Shown one piece after another: positions 13,101 to 22,859 of a DNA stretch of 64,000 nt. Every line of letters starts with the position of its first letter. Position 1 is the first letter of the stretch. Origin of the DNA: Lophium mytilinum (Eukaryota); NCBI GenBank assembly GCA_010093605.1, contig MU004188.1, positions 375,673 to 439,672 on the forward strand, given 5' to 3'. The notes beneath the pieces were generated by a model. That model did no database searches and was not told where the DNA came from. It saw only the letters and a program-made list of their open reading frames with translations. Position numbers and translations under genes: made by a program.

Positions 13101-14172
13101 CGTTCAATCATGCGCTCAACAAGCGGTCCAGTAAGATCAGTCGTAGCGCCAAGTAGTGACAGCTGCTGTTTGTCAACCATCTGAAAGAGATCTATGGCGG
13201 CTGTAACAGCCGTCTCTAGAGAACGCCTCATCAAGTCCTCTTCCTCGTCAACCTCGAGGCTAGCATGAATACCATTGGGCCCATGGGAAATAGTGCTCTG
13301 TAGCGATGTCGGTAGGCTCTCCGTAGAAGACACAGACGCTCTGCGGAGGGAATTCAAAGATGACGATCGAGACGGCTTATTTGGTATCGATGGCAGCGGT
13401 TTCTCGAACTCCTTTCCGAACTCTTCAAAGAGCCTTTTAAGCCCAGGTTGCATTTGTCGCGCAATCATGGGGAAATGGTTGAGCAAATCGCCGAACGACT
13501 TGATCTCAGTCTTCCGTGGCATAGCGGAGCTCGACGCGCTGGTCCCGTTCGCACCGTTTGTTCCATCCTGCAATGCTGGTTCCTTTGTGGGGCTGTCGGA
13601 GATGGTAGCGGCTATGATGGGTATAGATTCGTACGTGCCGACCAACGGTCGCGAGATGTAGTATATCAGCCATGGCTGTGCGTCGAAGGAATCGGGATAG
13701 TAGATGGCGTCGCCAAGAAGCTGGGCCTGATTAAGGGTTTTGAAACCTGTTGCTATTAGCAATACTTTGGGGATCGCGCTGTCCAGATGCGACGGTACCT
13801 TTATTGCTCCATACGAACGCATCCTTTATCACCAGAATGCGCCCGTTCGCCGTCGAGTACTGCTTCGCCTTGCCCCGGTTTTCTCTAAAATTCGACCCAT
13901 CCTTGACTCCGCCCGGCACCCTGATAACATGGCTTGCGAGGAAGTCCTCCGAGCTACTTAGATCAGAGTATAGGGCGTGCGTTTCGCGATCGCGGGAGTG
14001 AAGGAGGACTTCGGTGGTAGGAACCAAAAGCACCTAGCAGCAGAGAGTCCTGTTAGCGGATGGTTCAAAGTATTAGGACTGTTGAGCGGCATACGTGATG
14101 GTGAGCCGGCGCGCACTGGGTGGGGAGTGTGCTACGGAAGAAGGCCCGCAAGAAAGGGTTTAAGGGGTGCAT
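10103..14172 (-). CDS. VPS9-domain / ankyrin-repeat / PX-domain protein (Vrl1/VARP-like Rab GEF)
   Basis: Exon 1 starts MHPLNPFLRAFFRS at 14172. The 1239-aa ORF has VPS9 motifs (INADTLVSLL, GEMGYALSTFEA), ankyrin repeats (GQTPLFAL, FTPLMVASKYG) and a PX-like C-terminus (RRSLVDFENLAKWL). Confidence 0.85.
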
Positions 14173-14992
14173 TCAATCGACATTGACGGGGCCGGAGGAA
14201 GATGAGGAGGCGCAAGGCTCATGCGAGCTTGCGACGTGAGACCGGTCAGACCGGTTGGCTGCGCTGAAGCTTTACCCGCTCCTATTGTACCGGGAGCCTG
14301 CTGAGGCGGGAAGGGTTGGCGGACGCGGAGGTGAAGGCGGGGAGACGGACGTGGAGGCTGTAGGAGTGCGCATCAGCAGCTACGGCGGACAGGGCGACAG
14401 CTGCGTGAAAGAACGGGAGATGCGATCGCTGGGATGTCTTCGAGAGTGTCTGGTGATGCGCAAGCGTGGTGTTGAGTTCTAGAAACCGTAGATTCACATG
14501 CTAGGATGAGCCCGTAAGCCCTCCCAAGTGGAGCTAGCTCCTAACGTCATCTCTCCACTCACGAACAATCACATATACCTCTCTGCCAAGCCCAGCACTT
14601 CTCTCTTTCAATTGCTTTCAGATCAACTTTATATTTGGCGTTGCCACGAAGGTGCGCGTATAGATACAAATTCTGCATGAGGGACTCTAAAATATCACCC
14701 TGTTTCCATCTCCAGGTCCCCTTGCCTAGTTCTCTTAGGTAGACTAGCACTTTTTCTTGGCATTTCTATCTAGACGTAACACACCTTCTATTGACCTCTC
14801 CATCATACTGCTATGGCGTGAGCACCATTCCCTAGTCCACCATCTTTCCTTACTGCAGTTACCTCCAATTATGAAGAAAAAGCAGAGACGCTGTGTCATC
14901 ACAAATCGTCGTCAGCGCCCCAAAAGCAAGGCTCTTGGGACCGGGTACCCAGTACCAGTCAGTACCTGTTAGCGCCAAAAGAAAGAGGTGGT

Positions 14993-15123
14993 GTCTGGTG
15001 CCGTGGATCGAACGCGGGTTTTGTCCCGGTATATGAGGTTTAGATGAAGGAAAGACAGAATAAGTCCTCCCCCCAAGAAGGGAATGGATTAGGTCACGGT
15101 CTAACCAAATGACCTACACCGGA
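14993..15123 (-). ncRNA. tRNA-like unit A with a 65-nt anticodon-loop segment (degenerate)
   Basis: Minus strand: TCCGGTG-TA-GGTC ATTTGGTTA GACC-G-TGACC..[65 nt]..GGACA-AAAC-CCGCG TTCGATC CACGG-CACCAGA. One mismatch each in the acceptor, anticodon and T stems. T-run terminator at 14977-14980. Confidence 0.65.
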
Positions 15124-15352
15124 GAAGATTGTCAATTGAGTAAAATTATTTGCTATGCATCCCGTACCTAACGCTGCTGACAGTTACACGATTGCTCGTC
15201 GAATCGGAACTCGGGGAGTGACGGCATCTCTGCAGCTACCCGTACTGCTATCTAGAACTTCAAGATTTATCTACACCGCTTTTCACGCATCACTGCTATA
15301 TATCCTAACGACAACCTCGAGGTAGCAAAAGACGAGACCTCCCAAAAACCGA

Positions 15353-15511
15353 TTCCGGTCCCGAGAATTCGAATTCAGGCTTCAACCATTGCGGGAATCC
15401 TTCAAAGTCTGGACAACAGCGATTTCTGCAGCGCCGAGACAGCTGCTGCAATATCGCGTGTCGTGAAACCAAGTCTATGAGGCTTGCGTTCTACCACTGA
15501 ACTAAACCAGA
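15353..15511 (-). ncRNA. tRNA-like unit B, nominal anticodon CAT, 94-nt anticodon-loop segment
   Basis: Minus strand: TCTGGTT-TA-GTTC AGTGGTA GAAC-G-CAAGC-CT CAT A..[insert]..GGTTG-AAGC-CTGAA TTCGAATT CTCGG-GACCGGA. The acceptor stem pairs fully with G-U pairs. TTTTT follows. Confidence 0.65.
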
Positions 15512-15612
15512 TTTTTATTGAAGGAGCAACGAGATAATAGATACATAATAATCCTAGAAGCGAGAGGCATGAGTAGCAAAGATATATAGCAGCTGAGACG
15601 AAAAGACACATC

Positions 15613-15784
15613 TTCCGTTGCAGAGATTCGAACCCAGGTTCTTATCAAACTGGCTAAGCTGGTATGGTCATTGGTCAATGGACAATTTTCTCGACTGAGT
15701 CTCCCCTGGGGTCGCTCTGCCGCCTTAGAATCAAGGTTTACGGCCCTTGCTAAGATTTCTTTCTACCGCTTAACCAAGCCAGGA
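15613..15784 (-). ncRNA. tRNA-like unit C (most degenerate), nominal anticodon AGC, about 107-nt loop segment
   Basis: Minus strand: TCCTGGCT-TG-GTTA AGCGGTA GAAA-G-AAATC-TT AGC A..[insert]..GATAA-GAAC-CTGGG TTCGAAT CTCTG-CAACGGA. B-box GGTTCGAATC is intact, stems are eroded, TTTT follows. Confidence 0.5.
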
Positions 15785-15885
15785 TTTTGGTTGGACATTT
15801 GGAGAGTCTGATGCGTATGATGCTTGGAAGCAATGGACACGAGGGGCAAAAAGGAGGTATCAAAGCGGAGAAGCAAAAGAGGTCT

Positions 15886-16042
15886 CTCCGGCGCTGAGAA
15901 TCGAACTCAGGTCTCAATTGCCACCAGCAGTCCTGGACCCATGTCCTGGACACGCTGCACCCCAGGCGTTAACGGTCCAACCGGAAACAGCCTCTCAAGG
16001 TGTGATATTGTAATCGCGTTCTGGCCACTGAACTACGCCGGA
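15886..16042 (-). tRNA. tRNA-like gene unit D with intact cloverleaf, about 85-nt intron-like insert and non-canonical anticodon loop (nominal AAT)
   Basis: Minus strand: TCCGGCG-TA-GTTC AGTGGCCA GAAC-G-CGATT-AC AAT A..[insert]..C-AATTG-AGAC-CTGAG TTCGATT CTCAG-CGCCGGA-G. Perfect acceptor, D and T stems. TTTT terminator at 15875-15878. Positions 32/33 are A/C rather than Y/U. Confidence 0.7.
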
Positions 16043-16800
16043 TTTGAATTAGAGGTGAGTACAATGAGAGAATACATAAGGCTGCGATATGGCTTACGAT
16101 ATGATGGTGGTGATGAAGGAGCATACGGCACTTGACACATGTTAATTCAACGTTGACATGGACTAGACTTATATCTTTTCAAACGTAAGCAATGAAAGAG
16201 AAGGTTGTTACTGAGGACTCAAGACGTTTGCAATGAGCTCCGTGTGTGGTCATATAGCATTTTCTTGGATTGAATTCGATGTTCTCCTTTCGTATAGGCT
16301 TCTTCGTGAAGCCTCCTTATCAATCATATGCTTGAGGATTCCGCAGCTATTAGACTAAAGTGCTGATCATATAGCTTTGTATTCAGCGAAAGGAGAACTA
16401 TCCCGGCTTCGTATATATACTTATCTTACGCGATACGAGATTCCGAGGTCTAGACCAATCTTCGGAGCCTGAGTGGAGTGAGTTTTAAAACGCACCATGT
16501 ATAGTACTAGGTCATCGGGTTGGGCGCACACGCATATACCACTGTTTGGCCTCCCTTCATCACGCTTGTATGTATTAGTGTATCTGATTGGGGTATCCTT
16601 GGAGCCTGATCAAAGAGCCACAGTCGAAGTACTTGGTGAGATTAGGAGCTAAATCTCGTGACATAGCTTCTGAGTCACGAGACCTTACGCCACCGAATTC
16701 ACGTTATTCCCTATGGGCAAGAGGCTAGATTGAACTAAGTGATAGAAAAGAGAGAAAGGGTGTAGGTATTTGGATAAAAGACGGGGCGGGGAATTGTTTC

Positions 16801-16832
16801 GCCCTAGTCGACCTCCGACGGAAGACTCCCGA
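16801..16832. promoter_or_regulatory. Putative Zn2Cys6 site (CGG-N7-CCGA) preceded by GCCCTAGTCGA, upstream of the monooxygenase
   Basis: CGGAAGACTCCCGA at 16819-16832. The 11-mer GCCCTAGTCGA recurs at 26825-26835 in another cluster promoter. Confidence 0.4.
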
Positions 16833-17161
16833 ACACACTCCCGATACACCACCTGCCATCGCTCCGCCATCTAGATTAGCATCCGTGAGCCTCTAGTGCG
16901 CGATCGAGAGGTTAGGATGGTTTCCTTGGGTGTGTCGCGTGCAGGCCTTCCGTTGGGGAGACCTTCCGACGCTATGTCTCGCCATTACACAAACCACGAA
17001 GCGTGTCCTAGGTTTGGGCCACTCTATGAATCTCGGTGACTTTGCATCTTCTTTCCTGCTTGAAGGACTTTCAGGTTCGTCAAAAGCCTCAAGATATTAG
17101 GCATTGCCTTCTTTCTTGTCTTCCTGCGATTGCTCATTAACTGTTAATCTCGCCATCCATC

Positions 17162-18801
17162 ATGCCGTTTACTACTGCAAAGAAGCAGATCTACCTAAAT
17201 TTCTTCGAGCATGGCTGCACAGGTAGTCACATGTCTCCGGGTCAATGGCGGTTCGTCATATACTTGTAATCGTATAATCAGAAACTTTTCTAATTCATCG
17301 CAGCGACCCAAGCGACAAAGGCACCACGAAGGACACGCTCGACTACTGGATCAACCTTGCCAAACTTGCTGAAGAAGGCAAAATCAACTTCATCTTCTTC
17401 GCAGATGGCTATACCACACACGAGATCTATGAAGGCACTTCTGATCCCATGCTTCGGGCTGGCACCCAATTCGCGACTATCGACCCAATGACCGTCATTC
17501 CCGCCATGGCAGCCGTTACAAAGACGCTCGGATTTGGTGTGACGGGTAGTACTAGCTATCTTACCCCATTCATTCTGGGAAGGACGTTCAGTTCACTAGA
17601 TCATCTCACCAAAGGCCGCATTGCATGGAATGTGGTGACGAGTTGGAGCAAAAGTACTGCTCAGGCGCTGGGAGCTGAGGATGTTATACCCCATGATGAG
17701 CGCTACGCCATGGCACATGAATATATGGATATAGTCTACAAGCTTTGGGAGAGCTCGTGGGCAGATGACTCGGTGGTCTGGGACCGGGAGAGACGCGTAG
17801 CCTTCGAACCGAGCAAAGTCAAGCGGATTGAACATCAAGGTCTGTACTCCCAGCCTAATAGTGAGGCATAGACACACACTTACAGAACCCTCACAGGCAA
17901 ATACTTCAAGATGTCCGCCCGTGGTAACACCCACCCCTCACCACAGCGGACGCCAGTCATATTCCAAGCTGGCACGTCCACGGCTGGGCGCGCCTTCGCA
18001 TCGAAACATGCTGAAGCAATATATGTCGGTGGTCTCGTTCCAGCGCAGACGAAAGGTAGAATAGCGGCCATCCGCGCCGCAGCCGCCGAACGGGGTCGCG
18101 ACCCAGCATCGCTCAAGTTCTTCGTTGGCATTTCCCCAATCCTGGGGGCAACCCTAGAAGAGGCACAAGCAAAATACGAGCGAGCGAAAGAAAATGCGGA
18201 CGTAATTGGCGGGTTAGCACAGTTCTCGGGATACACAGGTATCGACCTCAGCCGTTTCCCATTGGACAAGGTGTTTGAGCTCAAAGATGCACCTGGGGAT
18301 GACGCTGTTCACTCGTTCCTCGAGAACTTCAACAACGTCTCTGGTAATACTGAGCCATGGACACCACGACGGTTGGGTGAGAAGATGGCTCTAGGGGGGT
18401 TCCACCCGGCGCCAGTGGGGACGCCGGCGATGGTTGCGGATGTATTCGAGCAGTGGATTGACGAGGCTGATGTAGACGGCTTCAACATCGCGTACATAAC
18501 GACACCAGGCAGCTTTGAGGACATCGTTTACCTTCTCAGACCAGAGTTGGTGAAGAGAGGGCTCATGTGGGAGGACTATACAGTCCCAGGTGGTTCCCTG
18601 AGAGAAAATCTGACGGGAGTCAAGGGTCAGAAGGGCATTTCATCAGATCACTACGCAGCGAAGTTCAAGTACGGAAGAGGTTTCGAAGGCGACAGCATCG
18701 AAGCAATGAAAGCGGTGAAACCCAAGACGAATGGTGTAAGTATCAAGCTGCCAGTACTGAATGACAAGCTCCCAGCAGCTCGAGAGGAAGTCAAGGCGTA
18801 G
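17162..18801 (+). CDS. FMNH2-dependent luciferase-like monooxygenase, NtaA/SnaA/DszA family (introns 17251-17303 and about 17840-17897)
   Basis: MPFTTAKKQIYLNFF...PGQWR, YWINLAKLAEEGKINFIFFAD, DPMTVIPAMAAVT, SLDHLTKGRIAWNVVTS, SPQRTPVIFQAGTS, DVDGFN are hallmark motifs of this family. Confidence 0.92.
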
Positions 18802-19102
18802 CATTTCCTATTCTGTACTTTTCTCAGTCTGTACTTTTTTCAGTCACGAAGCATTCTCTGGTCCAATTTCCCTCGATTTTCGGCCGGATGCAATGTTCCG
18901 ACCCGAAACCCTATCTAGCGCTCTACATTCATGTACATAACTTCTTTAGTGCAAGCATCCGTCGCATATAGCTCGGAGCTTCCTACATATCTGTCATGTC
19001 GCTAGCACAGCAATTACTCAAATTGCTCTTGAAGGTATCTTACATACTACATCTGCCTGGTATTCCACTCGTATACTCAACCCCACTCACTGCTCGCCTG
19101 CA

Positions 19103-19951
19103 ATGTCTATACCTATCAAGAAGGCCTACGCCGACACCCCCCTAGGCCAGATCCACTACCGCACTGCCCTACACCCCTCTCCCACCAAAAACCCCCTCAT
19201 CCTCCTCCACAAATCCGCCTCCTCTTCCGCCTGCTACGACCTCCTAATCTCCCACTACTCATCCCTCGGCCACCCCTGCTACGCCCCCGACATGCCCGGC
19301 TTCGGCAACTCTTTCGACCCCTCCGATTCCGACGTCGCTGACATCCATAAACGCGGCACGGGCTGGTACGTCTCCCTCTTCATGACCGTCTTCCAATCCC
19401 TCGGTCTCTGCGAGCCCGGGAAGAAAGTCCACCTCATCGGCCACCACTCCGGCGCCGCACTAGCTACCGAGCTCGCAGCCGAGTACCCAGAGTGGGTGAG
19501 CTCCGTCCTTCTCGTCGGCGCCAGCGTCATGGACGAAGCCGAGCGCGCTGAGATGCGCAAAACCTACTTCGACCCCTTTAACACACCCGTCGCCGACGGC
19601 AGCCATCTGCTGAAGACGTGGACGTACCTCGAGAAGATGGGGGTGGGGGGCGATTTGGCGCTGCAGCAGCGGGAATTCCTAGACCATGCGCGGGCGTGGC
19701 GGGGGCGGATGCTGATTTACGGCAGTGTGTGGGACCAGGATGCGGTGGGGCTGTATATGCGGATCCAGGCGCCGATGGTGGTGATGTGTGCGCGGGATGA
19801 TGTGTTGTGGAAGTTTTTCGGGAATGTGAAGGCGTTGAGGGGGGATGTGGAGGCAGTGGAGTGTGGAGGGGCAAATTTTACGGTGGATAGGGATGTGGAG
19901 GGGGTTGTGAGGACGTGGGATATGTTGATGGCAAAGGGGGAGCATGTGTAG
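19103..19951 (+). CDS. Alpha/beta-fold hydrolase
   Basis: Intronless 282-aa ORF with GQIHYR, LILLH, APDMPGFGNS and nucleophile elbow GHHSGA. Confidence 0.85.
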   Translation: MSIPIKKAYADTPLGQIHYRTALHPSPTKNPLILLHKSASSSACYDLLISHYSSLGHPCYAPDMPGFGNSFDPSDSDVADIHKRGTGWYVSLFMTVFQSLGLCEPGKKVHLIGHHSGAALATELAAEYPEWVSSVLLVGASVMDEAERAEMRKTYFDPFNTPVADGSHLLKTWTYLEKMGVGGDLALQQREFLDHARAWRGRMLIYGSVWDQDAVGLYMRIQAPMVVMCARDDVLWKFFGNVKALRGDVEAVECGGANFTVDRDVEGVVRTWDMLMAKGEHV

Positions 19952-20049
19952 GGAGAGACGTGTGATATTGTAGCAATGATAGCTATGCTTTTGGGTTAAC
20001 TCAGGGGTAGGTCTGAATATGTAGGATTGAGTGCGTGATGCAGTTCTGC

Positions 20050-21899
20050 GATATCTTTGCCTTCTTGCCCGTTTGACGTAGAAGGCGATAACAGGCTCCG
20101 GCACAGGAATTGGGGTGACCTGAATGACAGAAGTTTCAACTACAAATGACGTGTAGGTCAACGTGGGTTCCCCATTTAGCCATGACGTGGTGCCGTTCAC
20201 GATTGAGAAGTAGTATGGCACGGGGTGGCTTAATGTCAACTGCCTGTGCTGAAGATGCGCCACTTTAGTTCTCGTATTCCATAATACGTGGTACCACGCC
20301 TTCGACTGAGACATTCTCGCCCATGAAGTTAAGTACGGTAGCTTCGTATTGTCAGCACTGAGAGTAAAGGAGAGAAAGAGAAAGACTTATAAATGAAAGA
20401 CGTTGATACCCGCTATAGGCGACACGAATAAGCCGGATGTAGCCCTTGTCATCATGGGAAATCAGACATGATATCGGACCTGAGAAAATCTGTAAGTAGC
20501 TGTGGTAAACTTTTTAAAAGACTAACACCGAGTTCGCCGCAGAGAAACGCTACAATACCGGCGGTGAATAATCCGGCTACAAAGTTCCCCAATGATACCA
20601 CCAACATCAAGTCTAGTAGCAAGATTGCTAGACCCTGCGGACAAGTCTGTAGCGTTTACTCCCGTGGCGATCTGCGCAAACGCGTTGGCATATTTCCTTC
20701 TTCAAGAATGCCGCAACGCAGGTAAAATTTGTCGAATTCAATTTAGCAGAGAACGCTTGGCGCTTTTTTCTCGGCGTTCCTCACCAAAATTTGTATGAGA
20801 GCCGCGGGGAATACCACCTGATTAAATGTCAACCTTTCAACGTTCGCTAGATAATTATGAGCAAGGCTCCTCGGGCATAATATATAGCTATTTAGCAGGA
20901 TTTTAAGTACTCTAGTGCCCTAGAACAACTGTCTTAGACACCTGCTACCTATTCTACCTAGGAACGCGTCTGCTTCGCACCTAAGAAGAGCCCCTTAATT
21001 ACTAAAGTATTAAAGTTATTATAAGTAGAAAGCACGCATACATAACCTTCCTTTGTGTTATCTAAGGGCTGTTAAGAGGTTAACATTTAATTAGGTGGTG
21101 CTCCTCGCGATTCTCAGACAAATTTTGGTGAGGAACGCCGAGAAAAAAGCGCCAAGCGTTCTCTGCTAAATTGAATTCGACAAATCAGTAATTGAAAAGG
21201 GCCAATAATATCGCTCCTCAACTGGCACTGGAAGAACATCGTGAGTCGCCCATATGGCGCTGTGTCCCTCACTTCAATTTTAATAGACTTTGTCGCGGAA
21301 TAAGAAGCGGTAAACCGTGTAAATGGTGTAATGGACAATAATGATGCAGGGGAGAGAGGGGTCTGAAAGGAGGTGAGGCTATATACAAGGTGCCGTGCGC
21401 CTGTCGTAGCCCTCACCGCTACTCACTGACAGTCTTGGACGTACGCGGAATGTGAGGCTAGGATCGGATCCCCATAATGCTGATAAAAAAGCTAGAGATT
21501 CTAGACATAGTAAAAGAGTCGGTTAGTGAGACACCAGCGCAGTGTGACATGGTGGACATAATTAACATATACTCCTGAGAGCATACAGTCGCGGAGGTTG
21601 ATGCTAAAGACGTGTTCGAAAGCGGCATGAATGGTGAGGAGATTTCGTTGCTAGTAACGTCGCTATCTAGAAAAACGCCTCGTCACCTATAATCCCAGGC
21701 GCATAGCTCTCGTATAATCGATGAACATGTGACGACAGCTGATGTTGTGGCTGCTACAACTCGTGAACTTATGCTCGCGGAAGGCATCCGATGCGTGCAT
21801 ACAAAGGGCGCTGCCAGAAAGGTCCATATCGTGCCCGTGCTCGTTAGAACACAATTTTCATAGCGCCTAAAGAGACCAAGAGGCTGAGAATAAGGCCAT
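20050..21899 (-). pseudogene. Probable decayed gene for a secreted Ser/Thr-rich protein, interrupted by the foldback element
   Basis: Minus strand begins MALFSASWSL*AL* at 21899. Protein-like fragments lie in shifting frames on both sides of the element (ANAFAQIATGVNATDL, GNFVAGLFTAGIVAFL, YYFSIVNGTTSWLNGEPTLTYTSFVVETSVIQVTPIP). Boundaries are approximate. Confidence 0.3.
20727..21185. mobile_element. MITE/foldback-type non-autonomous element, 459 bp with about 115-bp terminal inverted repeats
   Basis: 20727-20794 is the exact reverse complement of 21118-21185 (68 bp). Pairing continues imperfectly, mostly with transitions, to 20841/21071. The interior is non-coding and TpA-rich. No clear target-site duplication. 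Confidence 0.8.
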
Positions 21900-22859
21900 T
21901 AATGGCGAAGTGCATCTGGTTGTCGTGGGCGATGTGGCTGATGTCGTGGACGGGCGGGTTCAAAGCCATCGGGAAGCTCTCCATCGGCTTTCTGCTGCCG
22001 TTCTTGTGAATCTATAGCCATGCCTCTCAAGTTGCCAAAACCCTGGGGGGTAACGAGGTTGGCAACAATTCCAGTCAGGGACGAAAGATCGATGGAAAAG
22101 AAAAGACGATGGCAATTGTTGATTGATGAAGGATGCGATGCAAGAGTTCAAAGAATCTCCTTAGCGAGCAATTTACCATTTAGGCGTTTCACTTCGTAGT
22201 TCAAAAGCAGTCGGGCCGTCTCAAGTACACTCTCATCGAACTTACTTTTGCCCAACTAGCAAGTTTCCTTCAACAAAAGTAGCAGCCTATAAATATATAA
22301 TTACACTCTATAACGTCCACTCATCTGGGTTATGTACACCAGAACTACTTGCGGTCCCCTAGTATGTCACTAAGAATTAAGAAATGACAGGTCTGATAAG
22401 CCTGATAAATCTTCGGGTCTCCTTAAATGGAGTCATAATGGACCGCTAATTGCAATTACAGAAGCTTAAACTTCTACGGATTTGCCTATTACCCTTGGGC
22501 CGCGTGTAGAACTACAGTACAGAGATCTACGCGTAGATATCGATTTCTGCACAGACGGACCGAATAACTGTAGGTCGAGTGAACTACCGGGAGACTACCC
22601 GAAATGCTGTCTGAGAGAGGGGCCAGTGTTAGCACCCCGCCACAATAATAGAACCTCGAAAACCGTATTCCAAATCTCCATATGAACCAGAAAAACCTTT
22701 GCAAAGCTCTGAGGTGCTAAAAGAAGCCTAAGGCAGTTTTCACTCTAATTTTACCATTCGCAAACTTCAGTCCAATACTCGATCTTCAAAATCTATTTAC
22801 ATCTCATTGCTCGAGGCTCACATAATTCGCAAGTTGCAATTCCCGACATACTGTTCGCC

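Noticed and set aside
15195..15280. Possible fifth tRNA-like unit (GCGGTGTAG...CCGAGTTCCGATTC on the minus strand)
   Set aside because: The stems do not pair and the D-arm is not recognisable; too degenerate to support.
14993..16042. CRISPR array interpretation of the repeat/variable-insert pattern
   Set aside because: The context is eukaryotic with no cas genes, and the repeats are divergent tRNA halves rather than identical direct repeats.
19103..19951. Strong C-rich 5' half and G-rich 3' half in this and several other genes
   Set aside because: The pattern also occurs in housekeeping genes here (ATP10, the VPS9 gene end), so it is a genome-wide codon skew rather than a local element.
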